This document shows positions 27,730 through 36,845 of a stretch of DNA of 39,214 bases, in pieces. The stretch lies in the IMG/VR virus record IMGVR_UViG_2541047122_000029; one strand, written 5' to 3'. The stretch is from a virus. Its lineage: Duplodnaviria > Heunggongvirae > Uroviricota > Caudoviricetes. The notes beneath the pieces were generated by a model. That model was given only the letters and a program-made list of their open reading frames with translations, searched no databases and was not told the origin of the DNA. The position numbers and the translations under genes are program-made. Each line of letters begins with the position of its first letter. The stretch's first letter is position 1.

Positions 27730-28837
27730 ACTGTATCTGGGCGGTGAGATTTTTTCCGGCTGGCTGACGGTGAGTGTTCGTCGCTCTCTTGAACATCTGG
27801 CGGGCTCCTTTGAACTGGGGGTAATGATGCCCGGTGTACGCCTTCCGTCATCCGTCCGTGCCGGTCAGTCTCTGGAATTGCGCATTGACGGTCAGCCTGT
27901 GATCACTGGCTGGCTGGATCAGGTCCGGCAGCGCATCAGCGCCACGCGTTTTCAGATCACGCTCAGCGGACGGGATAAAACCGGTGACCTGGTGGACTGT
28001 TCAGCCATTCATCCGGGCAGCCAGTGGAGGAACCGCACGCTGGAGCACATTGCTTCAGATTTGTGTGCTCCGTTCGGGGTCACGGTGCGCTGGCAGGTAA
28101 ATGATGCAACGGCAGCCCGGCCCTTTTCCACCTTCACACTGGAAAATTCAGAAACCGTGGCAGATGCGCTGACACGGGCCGCGAGACACAGAGGCGTCCT
28201 GGTAACCAGTAATGCCGCCGGTGAACTGGTTTTCACTCAGGCCGGCAGTCAGCGTGGCGACACGCTGACGCTGGGCGAAAATCTGCTGGATTTGGATCAC
28301 AACGTGGATCACCGTCTGCGCCACAGTGAATACCGTGTACGGGGGCACGGGCGTGGTGGTGGTCATGCCGGGGATGCACTGACAGCCGGAACGCTGGCCG
28401 CACCAGTTGGTACGGTGACAGACAGTGCCATCCACCGTTACAGACCGAAAATTGTGCTGGCGGATCATGCTGTTGATGCAGACGGTGCACGCCAGAGGGC
28501 TGTCCGGGAAATGCGCCGGGCGGTTGCCCGCTCTGTGCGCCTGACAGCCACCGTGCGGCACTGGTTTCGGGAGAACGGCCAGTTGTGGGATATCAACCTG
28601 CTGACGGCTGTCACGGCTCCCCGCACCGGAGTGGAAGAGCGTGATCTTCTTGTCTGTCAGGTGGAGTTTTCGCTGGATGCAAATCACGGCGAAACCACCC
28701 GTCTGATTCTGGCACCCCGTGACGGCTTTATTGTTCCGGCAGAGCCGGGAAACAGCGGAAGCGGAAATGCGGGTGACGTGGACGCCTTCGTGCGGGCACA
28801 GATGAAAAAACAGGGGATTAAATTCAATGATGAATGA
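27713..28837 (+). CDS. Baseplate hub-like tail protein (Mu P / gp44-like)
   Basis: 374 aa; GTG start with RBS GGAGGTGA. Confidence 0.7.
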   Translation: MSSRVELYLGGEIFSGWLTVSVRRSLEHLAGSFELGVMMPGVRLPSSVRAGQSLELRIDGQPVITGWLDQVRQRISATRFQITLSGRDKTGDLVDCSAIHPGSQWRNRTLEHIASDLCAPFGVTVRWQVNDATAARPFSTFTLENSETVADALTRAARHRGVLVTSNAAGELVFTQAGSQRGDTLTLGENLLDLDHNVDHRLRHSEYRVRGHGRGGGHAGDALTAGTLAAPVGTVTDSAIHRYRPKIVLADHAVDADGARQRAVREMRRAVARSVRLTATVRHWFRENGQLWDINLLTAVTAPRTGVEERDLLVCQVEFSLDANHGETTRLILAPRDGFIVPAEPGNSGSGNAGDVDAFVRAQMKKQGIKFNDE

Positions 28838-29441
28838 CGAAGTCATCAGCCGCCTTCTGGCCCCCGTGATGCGGGGTGTTCGTCTGCTGTTCGGGCGTGG
28901 TGTACTGACCGGCACAACGGACACGCTGAAAATCCAGAATGTGCAAATCACCGGTATGGATGGTGAAACCTTTGATGACGTTGAACGCCCCCAGCAGTAC
29001 GGGCAAATCAGCGTCCCCCTGCCTGGTGCGGAAGTTTTTCTGGCCTGTGCTGGCGGACAACGGGATCAGGCCGTGGTGCTTGTGGTGGAAGACCGCCGCA
29101 GTCGCCCGACCGGACTTACCGCCGGAGATACCGGCGTGTATCACCATGAGGGGCACCGTATACGTCTGACAAAGAACGGCCGGATCATTGTGACCTGTAA
29201 GACGCTGGAGATTTACGCCGATGAAGGTGTTCAGGTGGATACACCGGAGGCTCACTTTACCGGTAATATCACAGTGGATAAGAACCTGCATGTCAAAGGC
29301 AATGTGTCCATTGACGGCACCGGAAGATCACAGGGGGCGTTCACGATGTCCGAAGCGGTTATTGCCGGGATCACCTATTCAGGTCATGTGCATCACGATA
29401 ACGGTGAAGGCAGCAAAACGGGAGGACCAGAGAATGGCTGA
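28827..29441 (+). CDS. Baseplate assembly/spike protein (Mu gp45-like)
   Basis: 204-aa ORF in the baseplate block. Confidence 0.7.
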   Translation: MMNDEVISRLLAPVMRGVRLLFGRGVLTGTTDTLKIQNVQITGMDGETFDDVERPQQYGQISVPLPGAEVFLACAGGQRDQAVVLVVEDRRSRPTGLTAGDTGVYHHEGHRIRLTKNGRIIVTCKTLEIYADEGVQVDTPEAHFTGNITVDKNLHVKGNVSIDGTGRSQGAFTMSEAVIAGITYSGHVHHDNGEGSKTGGPENG

Positions 29442-29871
29442 TATTGCTGTCGTCTGGGATCAGGGTTGTGGTTCCCTGCAACTGAACGGCGCAGATCTTC
29501 TGACGGATAACAGCCTGCTGACTGCGGTCATTATTTCACTGTTTACGGACAGGCGGGCGCTGGATTCCGATGAAATCCCTGACGGCACCCGTGACCGTCG
29601 GGGATGGTGGGGAGACAGTTTCCGGGAGCGCCCCATTGGCTCCCGTCTCTGGCTGTTAAGCCGTGAAAAGACGCTGTCCTCCGTGGTCAGCCGTGCACAG
29701 GCCTATGCTGATGAAGCGCTGGCGTGGCTGCATAAAAGCGGTGTTGCCACATCCGTGGTATGTCATGCCATGCGTGTGGGGCATGATCGCCTTTCGCTTT
29801 CCGTGAAAATCACCCTGCCGGACGGAAGCAGACATCCGATGATTTTTTATGCTGATATGAAGGGGGAATGA
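29434..29871 (+). CDS. Baseplate protein (Mu gp46-like)
   Basis: ATG 29434 inside track ORF 29221-29871; the upstream extension overlaps the previous gene and is unlikely to be coding. Confidence 0.6.
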   Translation: MADIAVVWDQGCGSLQLNGADLLTDNSLLTAVIISLFTDRRALDSDEIPDGTRDRRGWWGDSFRERPIGSRLWLLSREKTLSSVVSRAQAYADEALAWLHKSGVATSVVCHAMRVGHDRLSLSVKITLPDGSRHPMIFYADMKGE

Positions 29872-30953
29872 TGCCTTATCAGCCCTTACCACTGGCGCAA
29901 CTGATCACACAGACACAACAGGATATCAGCCAGCGCCTGCCCGGTTCGCAGCCGGGCGTGAATGAAACCACCCTGAATGCCATTGCGTATGCACTGGCGG
30001 GTCTGTCAGCACAGGAGCATGAACATCTGGCCTGGATCTCCCGGCAGATAATTCCGACAGAAGCTGATGAAGCCGAACTCCTGAAACACTGCGCATTCTG
30101 GGGTGTCATCCGTAAACCGGCTTCCCGCGCTGACGGACCGGTACAACTGATGCTGACCACGGATGCAGGGATCACGGAAGGCGTACTCCTTCAGCGAAGC
30201 GATGGTGTTGTGTACCGCATCACCGGCTCTGCGACCGGAAAAGCCGGAACACTGAATGTTAATGTGGAGGCGGAAAGTGCGGGGCGCGCCGGAAATACCC
30301 CGACCGGAACCCGCCTGTCCTTTATCACGCCACAGGCGGGCATCAACCAGACAGCCACGGTTACCGGCACGGGACTCACCGGTGGTGCGGATGTGGAAAC
30401 GGTGCCGGAGTTGCTGTCCAGGCTGGTATTCCGGGTACAGAACCCGCCATCAGGGGGAACACAGTATGATTTTGAACGCTGGGCACGGGAAGTACCGGGC
30501 GTGACGCGGGCATGGTGTAAGCCTGAATGGCCTGAGGCGGGTAGTGTTGGTGTGACTTTTGTTCAGGATAATAACCCTGACATTTTCCCCGGAGAAGGTG
30601 ATGTGAAGCGGGTGGCGGATTATATCCGCAGTCATGATGATCCGGCGACGGGCCAGCCCGTTGGTCAGCCACTTGGGCCGACAATCAGCGTGTTTAAGCT
30701 GACCAATAAGCCGGTGGCGTTTGAGATCAGGATTGTACCCAAAACGCCGGAAAATCAGGCTGCCGTAAAACAGGCATTAACGGACCTGCTTTATAACGAA
30801 TCGCGGCCGGGTGGACTTGTATTGCCTTCATCATTCTGGCGGGCTGTTGCAGGGGTGAAAGGACTGGAGGATTTTGAAGTTCGCAGTCCGCTGAAGTCCG
30901 TGATGGCCGGAGATACAGAGTTGCTGACTGTGGGGGAAATCACATGGCTGTAA
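29868..30953 (+). CDS. Baseplate J-like protein (Mu gp47-like)
   Basis: 361-aa ORF, overlapping start/stop with neighbours. Confidence 0.8.
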   Translation: MMPYQPLPLAQLITQTQQDISQRLPGSQPGVNETTLNAIAYALAGLSAQEHEHLAWISRQIIPTEADEAELLKHCAFWGVIRKPASRADGPVQLMLTTDAGITEGVLLQRSDGVVYRITGSATGKAGTLNVNVEAESAGRAGNTPTGTRLSFITPQAGINQTATVTGTGLTGGADVETVPELLSRLVFRVQNPPSGGTQYDFERWAREVPGVTRAWCKPEWPEAGSVGVTFVQDNNPDIFPGEGDVKRVADYIRSHDDPATGQPVGQPLGPTISVFKLTNKPVAFEIRIVPKTPENQAAVKQALTDLLYNESRPGGLVLPSSFWRAVAGVKGLEDFEVRSPLKSVMAGDTELLTVGEITWL

Positions 30954-31504
30954 CCCTGACCCCGCATCAGCGCGCCCTGTTGCAGTTGCTGCCTGACGGG
31001 CTGGCATGGGATAAGCGGCCGTCATCCGTTCTTGCAGCTTTGTGCCTGGGCCTCAGTCATTCCACGGAGCGTGTTTCCTGGACCGGTAACCAGATGCTGG
31101 CAGAACGTTTTCCTGATTCATCCCGTCTGCTGCTGGAAGACTGGGAGCGTTATCTGGGGTTACCGGAATGTGATATGACCGGCGCAACCATTCAGGAACG
31201 TCAGCGTTATGCAGGGAATAAATACCGGATGAAACCCTCTCTTAACCGTGAATTTTATATCCGGTTTGCGGCAGAGTTTGGTTATGAAATAGATATTCAG
31301 CCATCACCGGATTCACAGTGGGTCAGTATTGTCACGATAAACAGTGAAACCGGCTACCGGAATATGAATGTGCTGGATGATATTCTCACCCCGCTGCGTA
31401 TTTATGAGGGTGGTGCGCTGGAATGTATTCTGAACCGTTATAAGCCTGCATGGCAGACGTTTATTTACGTATATGCAAACAGTCACGAAGAGGAGACTAT
31501 TTAA
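30944..31504 (+). CDS. Tail protein (Mu gp48-like)
   Basis: 186-aa ORF preceding the tail-fibre gene. Confidence 0.7.
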   Translation: MAVTLTPHQRALLQLLPDGLAWDKRPSSVLAALCLGLSHSTERVSWTGNQMLAERFPDSSRLLLEDWERYLGLPECDMTGATIQERQRYAGNKYRMKPSLNREFYIRFAAEFGYEIDIQPSPDSQWVSIVTINSETGYRNMNVLDDILTPLRIYEGGALECILNRYKPAWQTFIYVYANSHEEETI

Positions 31505-32415
31505 TGTTCCATGTTGATAATAATTCCGGCGTGGCGAATATGCCTGAACTGGCTCCGGCGCAGAGTAATACCACCACCTGGTTTACCGAAGGTGACGGAC
31601 AAAAAGGTATCAGCTGGATTGGTCAGGACTGGCTGAATATTCTCCAGGCCGAACTGCTGAATATTCTGGCTGAAGCCAGTATTCAGCCGGATAAGGCGCA
31701 GTTAAACCAGCTTACGCTGTCCATTAAAGCCATTATCGCTGCGAATGCCTTTTCCCGGAAAAACAACCTGAAAGAAATTGCTGATGCCGGTGCGGAAGCC
31801 CAGCGTCTGGCCCGTGGTTATCTTGGTCTGGGGACGCTTGCCACAAAAAACAGTCTTGGTCCCGCTGACGTTAATGCCCTGGCGAAGGATCAGAACCTTG
31901 CCGACCTGGAGAATGCGGAAACCGCCCGTAATAATCTGGATGTTTACAGCAGGAGCGAAGGTGATAACCGTTACCTGCGCAGGGAGCAGAACGGCGCAGA
32001 CATTCCGGATAAAGGCGCTTTTATCGATAACGTCGGTTTACGGGAAACGGTAAATAAGGCTGCTGATGCCCTGCCATCGGGTGGAACCGCCGTGGCAGCA
32101 AACAGACTCGCCACCCCAAGAAATATTAATGGCGTTCCTTTTGACGGAACGCAGGATATCAACATCACGTCAGGAATGACGCAGTCAACCGCAGATGGCC
32201 GGTATGTACAGAATGTTCAGCTTGGAGCACAGAGCTATCATTCACCCGGAGGCAATGAAATATCATGGAATTACAGCGCACCTTCCGGTTGTATGCTTTC
32301 CGGTATTAACGTGCAGGAAACCGGCTCCCGGTCTGCGGACAATATCGGTGGGGTCTATTATCGCCCGGTTCAGATTTATATTAATAATGCCTGGAGAACG
32401 GTAAGTTCAGTGTAA
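31504..32415 (+). CDS. Tail fibre protein (Mu S-like); constant N-terminal part plus variable C-terminal part in the current orientation
   Basis: ATG 31504 inside track ORF 31450-32415 (TAATG overlap). The 3' part from about 32035 lies inside the invertible segment and is paralogous to the minus-strand segment 33093-33458. Confidence 0.8.
   Translation: MFHVDNNSGVANMPELAPAQSNTTTWFTEGDGQKGISWIGQDWLNILQAELLNILAEASIQPDKAQLNQLTLSIKAIIAANAFSRKNNLKEIADAGAEAQRLARGYLGLGTLATKNSLGPADVNALAKDQNLADLENAETARNNLDVYSRSEGDNRYLRREQNGADIPDKGAFIDNVGLRETVNKAADALPSGGTAVAANRLATPRNINGVPFDGTQDINITSGMTQSTADGRYVQNVQLGAQSYHSPGGNEISWNYSAPSGCMLSGINVQETGSRSADNIGGVYYRPVQIYINNAWRTVSSV
32021..32046. other. gix-like crossover site (left) of Gin-type invertible segment
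   Basis: TTATCGATAACG-TC-GGTTTACGGGAA, 12-bp half-sites around a 2-bp core at 32033-32034; resembles Mu gix / Salmonella hix half-sites as recalled; inside the tail-fibre gene where homology with the minus-strand segment begins. Confidence 0.65.
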
Positions 32416-32425
32416 ACCACAGAAA

Positions 32426-32444
32426 AGGGTGCTGAATGCACCCT
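32426..32444 (-). terminator. Hairpin between convergent fibre gene and assembly gene (likely terminator for the minus-strand unit)
   Basis: AGGGTGC (32426-32432) / GCACCCT (32438-32444), 5-nt loop; on the minus strand it is followed by TTTTCTGTGG. Confidence 0.5.
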
Positions 32445-32449
32445 CTGAA

Positions 32450-32971
32450 TTATTCCGGTTTTTCCGGCCAGGGAATCGCCTGGTAATGCCCCTCACTGGC
32501 AATATCATTAAAGTGCATTTCTTTAAGCTGTCGGATATACGCCATCCAGCGCGTCAGCTGTAATTTATTTTCATCGCTAATCATGTCCAGTTTTAATTCT
32601 GTTTTCCAGTCATCCACGGTTTCGTTGGCTTCCTGGAGCAGCGATGAGCGACGCTTTTCAGCAACCGTCTTCCAGTTTACCGGCACCTTTGATATCAGGC
32701 CATCAGAAAACTGCCAGTTACCGTCAATATTCACACCTTCCGGCAGTTCGTCCACTTCAACAACAGTAAAACCTGCCGGATATAAAGCAGAGACATCTTC
32801 AGCAACAGAGCAGATAATACCCGTTACAGGCGAAATACAGAGTTTGTATTTCTTTGTGAAAAGCGGGATAGATTCATAAAAATCCCTTCCGTCCTCACTC
32901 TGGAAATACTGAACATCCTCACCATAGGGTTTGTCTTTCGGGTAATATCGTTTGACATTAATCAGTTGCAT
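32450..32971 (-). CDS. Tail fibre assembly protein (Mu U/U'-like chaperone)
   Basis: Minus-strand ATG at 32971 (RBS GGTGA) inside track ORF 32450-33022; N-terminus MQLINVKRYYPKDKP... and C-terminus ...WPEKPE resemble Mu U as I recall it. Confidence 0.8.
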   Translation of the reverse strand: MQLINVKRYYPKDKPYGEDVQYFQSEDGRDFYESIPLFTKKYKLCISPVTGIICSVAEDVSALYPAGFTVVEVDELPEGVNIDGNWQFSDGLISKVPVNWKTVAEKRRSSLLQEANETVDDWKTELKLDMISDENKLQLTRWMAYIRQLKEMHFNDIASEGHYQAIPWPEKPE

Positions 32972-33092
32972 AAACATCACCATGTAAATCAATGATAAAA
33001 ACAGGAATAATACTATCGCCATATACAGGCAATGCTTGTCTGAAATAACGCATATTTCAGATGCTGGCTGCTGTGTGCTATGCCCCCGTTAA

Positions 33093-33458
33093 TTAAATAC
33101 TTGCAGCGGATACCCAATGCCCATTAATACAATATTGTATCTGTCTGTAATAAACACGGTCATCACCACCACGCATTTCCCAGTCTCCGTTAGTCTTAAA
33201 ACCGGTAATCACATTTCCTGATGACAGGGAGTAATTATATTCCAGTCCGCCGCTTAATGCCTGCGCTCCCAGTCTTACCCCTGTAACATAACGCTGATTG
33301 GCCGTTGATTCCGGCATTCCTGACGTAATGTTTATATCCTGCGTGCCGTCAAAGGCGACACCATTGATTCTGCGGGCATTTGCCAGCCTGCTTGCTGCAA
33401 CAGCCGTACCGTTTGATGGCAGGGCATTCGCGGCCCTGTTTACCGTATCCCGTAAACC
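33093..33458 (-). CDS. Alternative tail-fibre C-terminal segment (S'v-like; no own start, expressed only after inversion)
   Basis: Minus-strand frame open from the crossover site to the stop at 33093-33095; encodes RDTVNRAANALPSNGTAVAAS...GTQDINITSGM..., paralogous to fibre residues LRETVNKAADALPSGGTAVAAN...; a TGA lies in frame just upstream of the site. Confidence 0.7.
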   Translation of the reverse strand, partial: GLRDTVNRAANALPSNGTAVAASRLANARRINGVAFDGTQDINITSGMPESTANQRYVTGVRLGAQALSGGLEYNYSLSSGNVITGFKTNGDWEMRGGDDRVYYRQIQYCINGHWVSAASI

Positions 33459-33472
33459 GAGGTTTCAGGGAT
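33447..33472. other. gix-like crossover site (right) of Gin-type invertible segment
   Basis: ATCCCGTAAACC-GA-GGTTTCAGGGAT, near-perfect palindrome with 2-bp core at 33459-33460, inverted relative to the left site; about 55 bp upstream of the invertase start. Confidence 0.7.
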
Positions 33473-33526
33473 GCCGTATATCTGCTTTAAAAGGCCTTTC
33501 CACCTCTTTTTAAGGAAGGTAAATAC

Positions 33527-34087
33527 ATGCTGATTGGCTATATACGCGTATCAACAAATGACCAGAACACAGGTTTACAAAGAAATGCGCTGGAATGTGC
33601 AGGATGTGAGCAGATTTTTGAAGACAAAATGAGTGGTAAAACGACACAGCGGCCGGGACTGAAGCGGGCACTGAAGAAACTAAAACCCGGTGACACGCTG
33701 ATGGTCTGGAAACTGGACAGGCTGGGGCGCAGTATGCGCCACCTTGTTGCGCTGACAGATGAATTACAGCAACAGGGGATAAATTTTCGTAGTTTTACTG
33801 ACAACATTGATACGTCAACCCCCATGGGGCGCTTCTTTTTTCACATAATGGGTGCGCTGGCAGAAATGGAGCGTGAATTAATTGTCGAACGGACACGGGC
33901 TGGTCTTGCAGCTGCCCGTGAAAGGGGACGAACCGGCGGCAGACCCCGCCGTCTCACGCAGGAACAATACGAGCAGGTCGGGCGTTTACTGGCCGGGGGT
34001 GTCAGTCGAAGACAGGTGGCACTTATTTTTGATATCGGTCTTTCAACCCTTTATCGTTATTATCCTGCGAGCGTTTCGGAAAAATAA
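33527..34087 (+). CDS. gin: Gin/Hin/Cin-family serine DNA invertase
   Basis: 186 aa; resolvase-type catalytic N-terminus MLIGYIRVSTNDQNTGLQ (catalytic Ser), C-terminal HTH; RBS AAGGAAGG upstream. Confidence 0.9.
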   Translation: MLIGYIRVSTNDQNTGLQRNALECAGCEQIFEDKMSGKTTQRPGLKRALKKLKPGDTLMVWKLDRLGRSMRHLVALTDELQQQGINFRSFTDNIDTSTPMGRFFFHIMGALAEMERELIVERTRAGLAAARERGRTGGRPRRLTQEQYEQVGRLLAGGVSRRQVALIFDIGLSTLYRYYPASVSEK

Positions 34088-34186
34088 GACGCTCTCTTTG
34101 TTGGGCCTTTACTGAATTAACGCAAAATGGCGTTTATCGGTCTGTGGATATGATAATTCAGTTTATTCAGGAACAGGCTGATTATT

Positions 34187-36226
34187 ATGACGTCCAAATG
34201 GGTTCAACTATCATCAATGCCCGGAAACTTTACTGTTAAAGTTTCCGGTGGTACAGCGGCATTTCTTGAGGCTCCCTTTCCTCCGGCCGAAACAAAAGGA
34301 GGAATGACATTTGCTGACTGTCTCATCAGTTTTAATACACGGGATTGCCTGTGGGTAAGGCCAGTATCCGGTGATCCGAGTGTGGAAATTACCGGAGCGG
34401 GTATTGGTGCGGTCATTCCGTTAAGTGCTGATGTTGCCGGTACTGCTGAACCGTCAGACTGGGATAATGCTGAAACACATACCCGTCCGTCAGGAAATGA
34501 AACTGCTTCCAGCTCCCCTTCCTGGTATTACGTGGTGGTTCTTGCTGGTCAGTCAAACGGTATGGCTTACGGTGAAGGTCTGCCACTGCCGGAGACATAT
34601 GACCGCCCCGAACCGCGTATTATGCAGTTAGCCCGTCGCAGTACAGTCACGCCGGGAGGTAAAGCCTGTCAGTATAACGACATCATTCTGGCCGACCACT
34701 GTCTGCATGATGTGCAGGATATGAGTGGAAAAAATCACCCGAAAGCGGATGTGGCTAAAGGGCAATATGGCACCGTGGGTCAGGGGCTTCACATTGCCAA
34801 AAAACTGCTGCCGTTTATTCCGGCAGATGCGGGGATTCTGCTGGTTCCCTGCTGCCGTGGTGGTTCTGCATTCACGGCGGGTGCTGACGGCACGTACAGT
34901 GACAGCACGGGTGCTTCAGAGGACTCAGCCCGCTGGGGTGTGGATAAGCCGCTGTATAAGGACTTAATCAGCCGGACAAAAGCGGCACTGGCGAAGAACC
35001 CGAAAAACCGCCTGCTTGCTGTGGTGTGGATGCAGGGCGAGTTTGATATTGATGCGAAGCCGACGGAGCATTCTGCGCTGTTTCTGGCGATGGTGGAAAA
35101 ATTCCGCGCAGACCTGGCTGAACAGGCGGAACAGTGTACCGGTGGCAGTGCTGCTGGCGTTCCGTGGATTTGTGGTGATACCACGTATTTCTGGAAACAG
35201 AAAAACGAACAGGCATACCAGGCAATCTATGACGGCTACAAAAATAAAACAGATAAAAACATTCATTTCGTCCCATTAATGACAGATGAAAATGGCGCGA
35301 ATGTACCCACCAACAATCCGGCAGAAGACCCGGATATTGAATCCATTGGTTATTACGGCTCAACGTGGCGTAACAGTGCCGCCACCTGGACATCTACGGA
35401 CCGGGCCAGCCATTTCAGTTCATGGGCACGTCGTGGGATTATTTCCGACCGTCTGGCCACGGCAGTTCTGACTCATGCGGGGCGAACCACAGTAAAAGCC
35501 GATGTTCCATCTTCTGAAACTGAAGCACCAGTGCCGTCACCTTCAGAAACTGAAGCAGTAACCACAACACTGCTGTCTTACCGTGTCAGTGAGTCAGAAG
35601 GAAATCTGAAAGCCCAGGGCTGGGAGCCGGCTGGCGGTAAAGCTGAAATTATCAGTGATGCAGGAGGCACAGGTGGTAAGGCAATGAAACTGACCAAGGA
35701 AACAGGTAAATCATCCTGGTATCTGGATCATGATGCCGGTACTGGTGCTGAACTGCTGAAAAATGGTGGTTTAATCAGTTGTCGTTTTAAAGTACCGGGC
35801 GACCTGGTGGCAAACCAGTATGTCATGGCGCTTTACTGGCCGGTTTCCTCTCTGCCGCAGGGTGTCACCCTGACAGGGGATGCAGGGAATAATCTGCTGG
35901 CATCGTTCTACATCCAGACAGACGCAAAAGACCTGAATGTGATGTACCACAATGCAAAAGTGGCAACAAATAACCAGAAACTGGGAACCTTTGGTGCATT
36001 TGATAATGAATGGCATACGCTGGCCTTCCGTTTTGCAGGAAATAACAGCCTTCAGGTTATTCCGGTTATTGATGGTCAGGATGGTGCCGCGTTTACCCTG
36101 ACGCAGTCACCAGTAGGAACTTTCCCGGTGGACAAACTCCGCGTAACGGATATCACAAAAAATGCAACTTACCCGGTGCTGATTGACAGCATTGTGGTGG
36201 AAGTGAAAAAAGCGGTAACAGAATAA
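34187..36226 (+). CDS. Multidomain SGNH/SASA-type carbohydrate esterase with Pro/Ser/Thr/Glu-rich linker and C-terminal lectin-like domain (cargo gene)
   Basis: 679 aa; AGQSNGMAYGEG (catalytic-Ser GQSN block), WMQGEFD and DRASHF motifs match sialate O-acetylesterase-type domains as recalled; linker PSSETEAPVPSPSETEA; no N-terminal signal peptide; sits between gin and com/mom, where Mu has no gene. Confidence 0.75.
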   Translation: MTSKWVQLSSMPGNFTVKVSGGTAAFLEAPFPPAETKGGMTFADCLISFNTRDCLWVRPVSGDPSVEITGAGIGAVIPLSADVAGTAEPSDWDNAETHTRPSGNETASSSPSWYYVVVLAGQSNGMAYGEGLPLPETYDRPEPRIMQLARRSTVTPGGKACQYNDIILADHCLHDVQDMSGKNHPKADVAKGQYGTVGQGLHIAKKLLPFIPADAGILLVPCCRGGSAFTAGADGTYSDSTGASEDSARWGVDKPLYKDLISRTKAALAKNPKNRLLAVVWMQGEFDIDAKPTEHSALFLAMVEKFRADLAEQAEQCTGGSAAGVPWICGDTTYFWKQKNEQAYQAIYDGYKNKTDKNIHFVPLMTDENGANVPTNNPAEDPDIESIGYYGSTWRNSAATWTSTDRASHFSSWARRGIISDRLATAVLTHAGRTTVKADVPSSETEAPVPSPSETEAVTTTLLSYRVSESEGNLKAQGWEPAGGKAEIISDAGGTGGKAMKLTKETGKSSWYLDHDAGTGAELLKNGGLISCRFKVPGDLVANQYVMALYWPVSSLPQGVTLTGDAGNNLLASFYIQTDAKDLNVMYHNAKVATNNQKLGTFGAFDNEWHTLAFRFAGNNSLQVIPVIDGQDGAAFTLTQSPVGTFPVDKLRVTDITKNATYPVLIDSIVVEVKKAVTE

Positions 36227-36231
36227 AAAAA

Positions 36232-36260
36232 TCCCGCCGGTCATGATATGGCTGGCGGGA
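36232..36260. other. Stem-loop immediately downstream of the esterase gene
   Basis: TCCCGCC (36232-36238) / GGCGGGA (36254-36260); preceded by A7 (36224-36230), so it reads as hairpin plus U-run on the minus strand; no U-tract after it on the + strand. Confidence 0.4.
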
Positions 36261-36372
36261 GCTACCTAACCCATAAAGGAAAATAAAAATACTCCCGAAG
36301 GAGTGGTTATCAGTCGCTTCGATGTTTTTACCCGATAACGAATTATGTAGTCAATATCAAAGGTAAGGTTAT

Positions 36373-36555
36373 ATGACATTCGTTCATACAATGCTGCTTT
36401 ATTTCTGCGCAGTGGTCAGTGCGTTATATCTGGTGAGCGGCGGTTATAAGGTCATCAGAAATTATATTCGCCGTAAAATTGATGATGCGGCAGCTGAAAA
36501 ACTCAGTAAAACAGCACAGGCACCGTCATCCCCAAACGACCCGACCCCGCTCTGA
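36373..36555 (+). CDS. Small single-pass membrane protein (cargo, unknown function)
   Basis: 60 aa; TM helix MLLYFCAVVSALYLVSGGY then charged tail; RBS AAGGTAAGG upstream. Confidence 0.55.
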   Translation: MTFVHTMLLYFCAVVSALYLVSGGYKVIRNYIRRKIDDAAAEKLSKTAQAPSSPNDPTPL

Positions 36556-36590
36556 TAACGGGGCAATATACCTGCAAAAGGAGAATATTC

Positions 36591-36836
36591 ATGCCAGAGA
36601 TTAAAGGCACGGTTACTGAAGAGCTTGTCAAACAGGCACTTTATTCTGAAGAAGTGAACCGCGTGCTGAAGGCGCAGGTTCGCAAGGATTTTGAGGCACA
36701 AATCGACGCATATGTTGATGAAGTGCTGGCCCGAATGGTTGGCCATTCTCCGGCTGAAAACAGCACGGAGAATGAGCCTCAAGCCGTAGAGCAACCAGAG
36801 CCGGTTCAGCCCGGAACTGACGGTACTATGATGTAA
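36591..36836 (+). CDS. Small acidic helical protein (cargo, unknown function)
   Basis: 81 aa; RBS AAAGGAG 8 nt upstream of ATG; followed by a clean terminator. Confidence 0.65.
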   Translation: MPEIKGTVTEELVKQALYSEEVNRVLKAQVRKDFEAQIDAYVDEVLARMVGHSPAENSTENEPQAVEQPEPVQPGTDGTMM

Positions 36837-36845
36837 CAATACCGA

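Larger units (their letters stand above)
32035..33458. other. Invertible tail-fibre segment (about 1.4 kb, G-segment-like)
   Basis: Bounded by inverted crossover sites; holds the variable 3' end of the + strand fibre gene, one minus-strand assembly gene and a start-less minus-strand alternative fibre 3' segment; invertase gene adjacent. Confidence 0.7.

Noticed and set aside
28148-28951. 267-aa ORF on the minus strand
   Set aside because: Antisense to the baseplate genes at 27713-29441, which have conserved position and coherent overlaps; Cys/Arg-rich shadow-frame composition.
29221-29433. Upstream extension of the 29221-29871 ORF
   Set aside because: Overlaps the preceding baseplate gene in another frame; the recognisable product begins at the internal ATG 29434.
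32972-33022. N-terminal extension of the tail-fibre assembly ORF (MAIVLFLFLSLIYMVMF...)
   Set aside because: No RBS before the upstream ATG, whereas the internal ATG at 32971 has GGTGA and gives an N-terminus resembling Mu U.
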